Shown: one piece after another, positions 56,654 through 64,000 of the stretch
Numbering within the stretch: position 1 is the first letter of the stretch
Layout: each line of letters begins with the position of its first letter
Source: Eledone cirrhosa
Taxonomy: Eukaryota
Direction: 5' to 3'
Assembly (NCBI GenBank): GCA_964016885.1
Contig: OZ024741.1
Span: 170,500,001 to 170,564,000 of the forward strand
DNA length: 64,000 bases
The notes under the pieces: generated by a model
Told to the model about the DNA's origin: nothing
What the model saw: the letters and a program-made list of their open reading frames with translations, nothing else
Database searches by the model: none
Program-made: the position numbers and the translations under genes

Positions 56654-56825
56654 ATATATAGGTGTATATATATAAACACGTCGGACAGATACAGGAAACA
56701 GAAAACTCGAAAGAGACAAGCGCATGGACAATCCCCCCTCTCAGCTATTTTCTGGGGATCATTATGAATGCTTTAGTATTACACACCCACACACGCCCAC
56801 CTATAATTATATATATATATATATA

Positions 56826-57931
56826 TATTGTTATACTTTGGGAGGATCATGTTGCCAATAAGAAACACACGCACCAGTTGCTTCACTTCAATTAATTATA
56901 ATAAATTTATAATAAATTCATAAATTTATAAATTTCTGGTTGGTTGGTTGGTTCCACAACCAGATAGTTGTTTATATATAGTCATAGTTCTTAGGTCACA
57001 CACTCTGTGACCTCTTCAGTGACTGGGGATTTCTTTCTTACTTTCTGTGCCCCTCCTTTGTTCTGTCCTACGCCATTTTGTTTCTGTGTGTGTGTTGTGT
57101 GCTCAGTCTGCGCATGCGCCACATCCGGGTGTCTGTGTGTTTATGTAGTGTATAGCATAAGATGTACTGAAGGACAATGTAGAGACAAAAATATAGTGTA
57201 CATAGGTGAGACAGCTCGTAGTGTAGGGGAACGGATAAATGAACACTGGCGAGACCTTCAAGATAATAAGATAATAAAGAATCATCTGTACTCTACCAAC
57301 ATGCTAAAATAGAACACAAGAGTAAAGTAGAGAACATAGAAATAAAAATAGAATCTACACACAGAAAAGACGCAATGTTTAGGCAAATTACAGAGGCAAT
57401 AAACATAAAAGAATTACAACCAAAATTAAATAGAAAATATGAGTGGAACAGCAACATCACAACTTACAATTAAGGACAAAATGAAAACACACACACACAT
57501 AGAACAAACAACCAACCAGTAACATGTAAATAAACAAATAAATAAATGAACGTAAACACACACAGACACCCGGATGTGGCGCATGCGCAGACTGAGCACA
57601 CAACACACACACATAAACAAAATGGCGTAGGACAGAACAAAGGAGAGGCACAGAAACAAAGAAAGGAATCCCCAGTCACTGAAGAGGTCACAGAGTGTGT
57701 GACGAAAGAACAACTATGACTATATATAAACAACTATCTGGTTGTGGAACCAACCAACCAACCAGAAATTTATAAATTTATAAATTTATTATAAATTTAT
57801 TATAATAAATTGAAGTGAAAGCAACTGGTGCGTGTGTTTCTTATTGGCAACATGACCCTCCCAAAGTATAACAATATCGGTTTCAACACACGATTTCAGA
57901 TAAAGAATCTTGCTAAACAAATTCAGAAACG

Positions 57932-57934
<3 letters not shown>
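56826..57934 (+). mobile_element. 5'-truncated PLE: inverted pLTR, GIY-YIG remnant, pLTR with hammerhead (57674-57721) and tail
   Basis: VVYSIRCTEGQCRDKNIVYIGETARSVGERINEH. 56826-57142 pairs with about 57555-57877. Confidence 0.9.
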
Positions 57935-57980
<46 letters not shown>

Positions 57981-58638
57981 CACACACATAAATATATATA
58001 TTTTCGCCCTACGGCTAACGATGGTTGGAATCAATAATCCGGAAACAGAGAGTAATTATTTAAAAAAGACAGATGTTTTGCTATGGCAGATAATTAATAC
58101 TATTCTGGAGAAGGGCGCAAACGAGAAGGTCATAATTATTATACTAACATCATATGGTAAAATGAATAACCTTCCTTCTTTTTATTACACACACAGAGAC
58201 ATATTTGAATATATATATATATATAAATAGGAAAAGAGTCAGGACCCCGACGGCTGAGCTCCGGCCGTTCCGACAGCTGGGTCTGCGTGCAGACCTAGCT
58301 GTCGAAACGGCCGTACCTCTGCCGTCGGAGTCCTGACTCTTTTCCTATTACCCACTCTACTACACAATATCGAGTATTCTGGTGTGTTATGGTCCACCTG
58401 TTTCCTTACCACACTTCCTTCGTTATATATATATACATATATATATTAGAAAGTGAGGTTCTTTTACAAAATGAAAAAAAAACGAGGTGAAAGTATAAGG
58501 AAAAAAAATGAAATCGAAAATGCAACAGGAGTCTTTTTTATAAAAATATATATATATTTATTTGGTTCCTTTACCGCTTTCGCAGTTCTTCTGCTTTTCA
58601 AAAATAGAATTGAGATGGAGGGTTTGTGTTTTCTCTCA

Positions 58639-58726
<88 letters not shown>

Positions 58727-58768
58727 TCTCTCTCTCTCTGTATATTTATATATATATTTATATATATA

Positions 58769-61700
58769 TATTGTTATACTTGGGGAGGGTCATATTTGTG
58801 TATTGAGGGTACTTGCAGAAACATGACAACAACATACATAGGCGAGACAGCTCGTAGCATAGGCGAAAGGATATACCAACACTGGGGGGAACTAAAAGCA
58901 CGACCAAACGGTTCAGTACTATACGAAAATGCCAGACAACAACAGGACGGTAACATAGACAACATAGAAATTAGAATAATATCTAAACATAGAAATGTCC
59001 CAGCAGATAGGCAAAACAGTGAGGCCAGTGAAATGGAACTTAGAAGGCCAAGACTAAACAGAAAAAATGAATGGAATAACAACAACACACAAACAAACAA
59101 CACTAACCTAAGAGAAGTATAAATAAATAAATAAATAAATAAATAAATAGATGAATAAATAAGTACATACGCAAGCACAATAACAACAAACACATATAAA
59201 CACACACTAGTAAAGATAGAATACATTAACCAATACACAGTCACCCAATCACGAACACACATCATACAAAACACTATACACACACGCAAACGCATGCGCA
59301 AAGAAGACAAAAAAAACAAAACAATTAAATAAATATATAAACAGACTAAAAAAGATGGCGTAGAAAATACAAGGCAACGGGAGGAAACAATAGCACCACT
59401 GATGGTGTTGCAGATGTGCAACGAAAGAACTTTGATAAACTATATATATGTGTTGATAAACTATATATATAGAGTGGCGCCGGTAAGGTATTGTCAGCCA
59501 TTGAAAAGAAATATGGAGAGTCGATCTAACAGCAGTAGGGTTAGAGCCCCTAATTACACTGTCAAGGAGCAGCTTGGTCGTTATGACTCTGCTGGCTTAG
59601 AGCCACAGAGAGGGCCAGTGGATGATGGATCAGCTGTCTCTGAGACAAATATAAATAATGCAGTTTTGTCCTGCAGAAGAGCCATCAAAATGGGCACTTT
59701 GAATGTGAGGACTATTCGAACGCTGGAGAAGAGAGAGGAGTTGGGACATCTGTTCGAGGAGAGTGGTATACAGATACTTGCGATCCAAGAACACAGGATT
59801 CTAATCGATGAGCCCGTGAGGAGTATGATGATCGGGAGGAAGAGCCAGCTCATCACTACATCGGCAGTGAAGAACACAACAAATGCTGCAGTGGGAGGAG
59901 TGGGTTTTGTGTTTAGTGCAAAAACCAATCTGTTGGTGAGGGAAATAATGCCTATCCCCCCGCGAGTGTTGAGGGTGACCTTCAATGGAAACCGAAGACT
60001 GACAGTCATCTCAGCCTATAGTCCAACCGAGGGGGACAGTGATGTGAATGCGGAGGAGTTCCATGAGGGGGTGTGTAGAGCTGTCAACACCACTCAGGCA
60101 CACAATATCCTGCTTGTTTTGGGGGACTTCAATGCACATCTGAGTAAGGAGGGCAGTGAAGATCCTTGCTGGTACTTCCATAACAACACCAACCGAAATG
60201 GAAGACTACTGAGAGACACCCTGCTGGAAGCGAACTTGATGGCGACCAACCTAAGGTTTAGGAAGAAGCTGGGGAAGATGTGGACCTACATCTCAGATAT
60301 GCACCTGTCCAAGTCCCAGATTGATTTCATTCTGGTGAGGAAAAAGTGGCGGAATAGTGTTCTGAACACGGAACCATACAGCTATTTCAGTACACTGGGT
60401 AGTGAACACCGGCTTGTTATGAGTGAGGTCCGCGTGAGCTTAAGAAAGAGCAAGGCTCAGCCCCGGAAAACAATCTATGACTGGGGAGCTTTCAAGGAAG
60501 ATGATAAGCTACAGGAGAGGTTCACAGTGGAAGTGAGAAACAGGTTTAGTGCTCTGTGTGGAGAGTCAGAGGAGAGAGAGATTGGATGGACTGAGGAGAG
60601 TGTGACGAGGAGGTACGGGCACTTCGCCAATGCAGTGGCGAAAGCAAGTGAAACCCTGGTGCCGAGGAAAAAGAACAAAGGGAAGCACGTCAGCTCTGCA
60701 AACCCAAAAGTGTGTGCAGCCAGAGAACACCTGAAAGCTGCCAGGGACCAATTCTATGCTGATCCTACGGAGGAGAGGATGGAGACTGTGGAGGTGTTGA
60801 GGGAAGAGCTCTGTACCGCTTACACTGAGGTCAGAGAGGAGGCACTGATAGAGAAGATCAGAAGTGTGGAGAGAGCGGTTGACAGATCTGGATGTAAGGA
60901 GAGCTGGATGATCATCAACGAGATCACAGGGAGGAAGAAAAGGTGTTCGAGTCAGATCCAGGGAACGGGGCCCGAGGATAGGAAGAGGAATTAGCTAGAC
61001 CATTTTAGGACACTACTAGAGCCACCCTCCACAGCCCAGAGCACTGGGGAGATCAGGCGGCTGTTTGAGGAACTGGATGTTGAGACAGAGCCCTTCACCA
61101 GAGAGGAGCTTCAGAGAGCCAAGAAGAAGATCAAGGAGGGCAAGGCTCATGGAGAAGATGGAGTGGCATCAAAGGTGATGAAGAGGTGTGATTTTGATGA
61201 TATCATCCTGGTGTTCTGTAACGGGGCACTGGAGTTAGGAGTTGCCCCGAATCAGTGGAGGATCAGTAACATCGTCCCAGTGCCAAAGAAGGGAGATCTC
61301 TCTAACACCAACAACTACCGGGGGATCTCACTGACGTCACTTGTGGCAAAGACCCTCAACAGGATGATTCTTAACAGGATCCAGCCTGAGATGGAGAAGA
61401 AGCTCAAGGACAACCAGAACGGCTTCAGATAGGGTAGATCAACCACCAGTCACATCCTGATGCTGAGGAGGATATTAGAGGGAGCTAGAGCAAAGTGCCT
61501 TCCTGCGGTCATGGTTTTCATTGACTTTAGGAAGGCCTTTGATTCTGTGGACCGTTGCTGCCTGATGAAGATCTTACAGTCTTATGGAATCCCCAAGAGG
61601 ATAGTGGACCTGATATCACTGCTCTACACCAACACCAAAGCCCAAGTCATTACACCTGATGGGATGACAGAGTTCTTTGAGATACTGGCTGGAGTGCTCC

Positions 61701-62853
61701 AGGGAGATACATTGGCTCTCTACCTTTTTATCATCGTAGTGGACTTTTGTATGCGCCTTGCACTGGAGAAACACCAGGACTCTGGCTGTACTGTAGCACC
61801 GGCTCAGAGCAGGAGAATTGGGGCGAAAAAGGTATCGGATGCTGAATTTGCCGACGACATAGTTTTGGTGACAAATACAGTGAAGGAGGCAGAGGATTTG
61901 ATGCGGGAGGTTGAGACTGTGTCGATGAGTGTGGGGCTGAGAATGAATGAGACTAAAACAAAATATCTGGTAGAGAATGTTGAGAAGCCAGAGGGGATTA
62001 CTAATGTAGGCGGGAAGCCGCTGGAATTGGTTGAGGACTTCCTGTATTTGGGAGCAAAATTGGGAATACGGAGGATGATGTGGTTGAGAGGAAGAGCAAG
62101 GCCTGGGCGGCGTGCCACAGCTTGAGATCGGTGTGGAAGTCGGACCTTCGTAGAGACCTGAAAATCCGCCTCTTCATCGCTGTAGTGGAGTCTGTGCTGC
62201 TGTATGGGTCTGAGACTTGGACACTGACCAAGAAACTCACTCAGATGAGGGATGGGTGCTACACGTGAATGCTGAGGATGGCTCTGAACATTAATCAGTA
62301 TACACTGAGGATGAAAAACTCAGAGCTGTATGGGAGCATCCCAAAAGTCAGCTCAAAAGTGACACAGAGGAGACTGAGGTTGGCTGGACATGCTCACTGA
62401 CATCCAGAGTTGACATTGCACTCAGTGCTCCTTTGGGATCCCCTACATGGACACACTAGAAGAGGAAGACCAAGGTTAACATATGTTGATGCCCTAAGGA
62501 CAGACACTGGTCTGTTGGAGATGCAGGATATGGCAGCGATAATGAGGGACAGAGACCGCTGGAGAGAACTCGTCCATGGATCTCGGGAATTTTACCCGCC
62601 TTAGATAGATAGATATATGTGTTTGTGTCTATATTGTATCTGTATTTTTTATCGTTGGTCAGTCAATGGTAACATTGAGGAACGAATGAATTAAATTAAC
62701 CGATATAAAAGACACAGAAGCGAAAAGCGAAAACCAACCAAACAGTGAGTATGTTCTGTTATTAATTCTGGCAATATTACATAAATATGACTCTCCCCAA
62801 GTATAACAATATTTGTTTCGACACACGATTTCATATCAAAAACCTCGCAAAGC
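58769..62853 (+). mobile_element. Related PLE remnant (GIY-YIG, 3' UTR, hammerhead-like 59397-59434) split by an RTE insertion
   Basis: YIGETARSIGERIYQH..LNRKNEW. The short inverted arm 58769-58797 matches 62783-62811. Confidence 0.8.
59472..62615 (+). mobile_element. Nearly full-length decayed RTE-clade LINE (APE + RT) with (TAGA)n tail
   Basis: GTLNVRT, QEHR, SAYSPT, LGDFNAH, IDFILV; YRGISL, QNGFR, FIDFRKAFDSV, GVLQGD, FADDI. Stops at 60992 and 61430, frameshift near 62060. Confidence 0.95.
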
Positions 62854-62884
<31 letters not shown>

Positions 62885-63039
62885 GAATAATCGAGAATCG
62901 GAATATCAGCCTACGAAATCACGATAAACATAATCCGACATGTGTGGCAGAGGGCTCAATAATTTGGATAAATCAGAACTATAACCATCGTTAAATTACC
63001 AACACATAGAGATTATATATATATATATATATATATTTA

Positions 63040-63163
63040 TTAAAATAACAGATTAAAGTTTAAGCAAAGAATCGCTGCTTTCACCCTTAATGGGATCATC
63101 TGAAACACCCGTTAAGGGTGAAAGCAGCGATTCTTTGCTTAAACTTTAATCTGTTATTTTAAT
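63040..63163. ncRNA. Hairpin of the U4A hammerhead family; complete core on minus strand (63057-63106)
   Basis: GTTT-CAGATGA-TCCC/GGGT-GAA-AGCA..TGCT-T-AAAC. Confidence 0.6.
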
Positions 63164-63252
63164 ATATATTTGCTCTACGGTTCTTATATATTTGATATAT
63201 ATTTATCCTTATCGAGCCCTCTTTGGATTTTAGTCTTCAAATTTATTATTAT

Positions 63253-63310
<58 letters not shown>

Positions 63311-63537
63311 CTGTATGTGTGTGTAATAAAAACAATAATGGTATGCCATATAATTATATTCTTCAAACAGTGGGCAACAACATTTAACATCAGAAATATA
63401 ATGTTTATGTATCGTCAGTAAATATAGGATCCCAGTATGTGGCAGATGTCATTTAGTGAGCATTTGAACTTATACGCAGAAAACAAATCCGGCAAATTCA
63501 AACTCATCTAATTTTACTCTTGTTTAATGAAAACTAG

Positions 63538-63800
63538 TGGAGGCACGTGGCCTAGTGGTAAATGGTTACGATCATAATGTCGTATGTTCGATTCCTGGGA
63601 TGCGTGTTGTGTTCTTGAGCAAAACACTTCATTGCACGTTATTCCAGTATACTCAGCTGAAAATGAGTACCAGCAATAGCTAGGGGTTAAACTCTGTGAT
63701 GGACTGGCGTCCTGTCCAGAGTAGGTATGTACTCTCAGTTGCTGCACGCCATGAAACCGGGATAAGCTCCGGCCAAATGAGCCTTCTGGCTTAGACATTT
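63538..63800 (+). mobile_element. tRNA-derived SINE, related to the 29700-30095 family
   Basis: TGGCCTAGTGG A box, GTTCGATTCC B box, TTGAGCAAAACAC body. Confidence 0.8.
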
Positions 63801-64000
63801 TAGTGAAAACTACAGATCATACTTGGATAAATAAAGAAAATGTTTATAAAGAACCAGACATCAAATACATAACAAGACATTCATATTTTGTTCATTCTGT
63901 CACACGGCATATCAAATAAAGTTAATGCTCATGAAGTCAGGACTGTCGCATAATATATTCGCTGGACCAAGGAAGGCTTAAGCTTTGGCGTAATTATTTC

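Noticed and set aside
56981-57024. Hammerhead copy in an inverted pLTR
   Set aside because: GAAA is mutated to CTAA; the copy at about 39770-39830 likewise lacks its GAAA box.
57430-57934. SECIS element in the PLE 3' UTR
   Set aside because: No convincing AUGA/GA quartet stem with an apical AA found by eye.

Overview
AT-rich, microsatellite-saturated eukaryotic DNA. It is most likely non-genic or intronic sequence from an octopus or other coleoid cephalopod; this is inferred from the recurrent tRNA-derived SINE and is not proven. No host gene is securely supported, and most ORFs in the track are microsatellite artefacts. The window is a mosaic of retroelements: one Penelope-like element (PLE) with an uninterrupted but 5'-truncated RT + GIY-YIG frame (50480-54081), several PLE fragments, a decayed Tx1/L1-type LINE (about 21965-26112), a decayed RTE LINE (59472-62615), R4/Dong, CRE-like and RTE-BovB-like fragments, and many SINEs. 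The main signal the ORF track misses is a very dense set of type I hammerhead ribozyme (HHR) motifs, folded by hand: about 25 copies from about 13 sequence families. Nearly all lie in non-coding elements inserted in (TA)n tracts as hairpins or as more-than-one-unit tandem reads. They include highly structured 467-nt and 317-nt retrozyme-like monomers (candidate circular RNAs), two families with the U3-A8 variant core, and one family with a conserved U4A core. All ribozyme calls rest on motif and pairing inspection; no activity has been shown.
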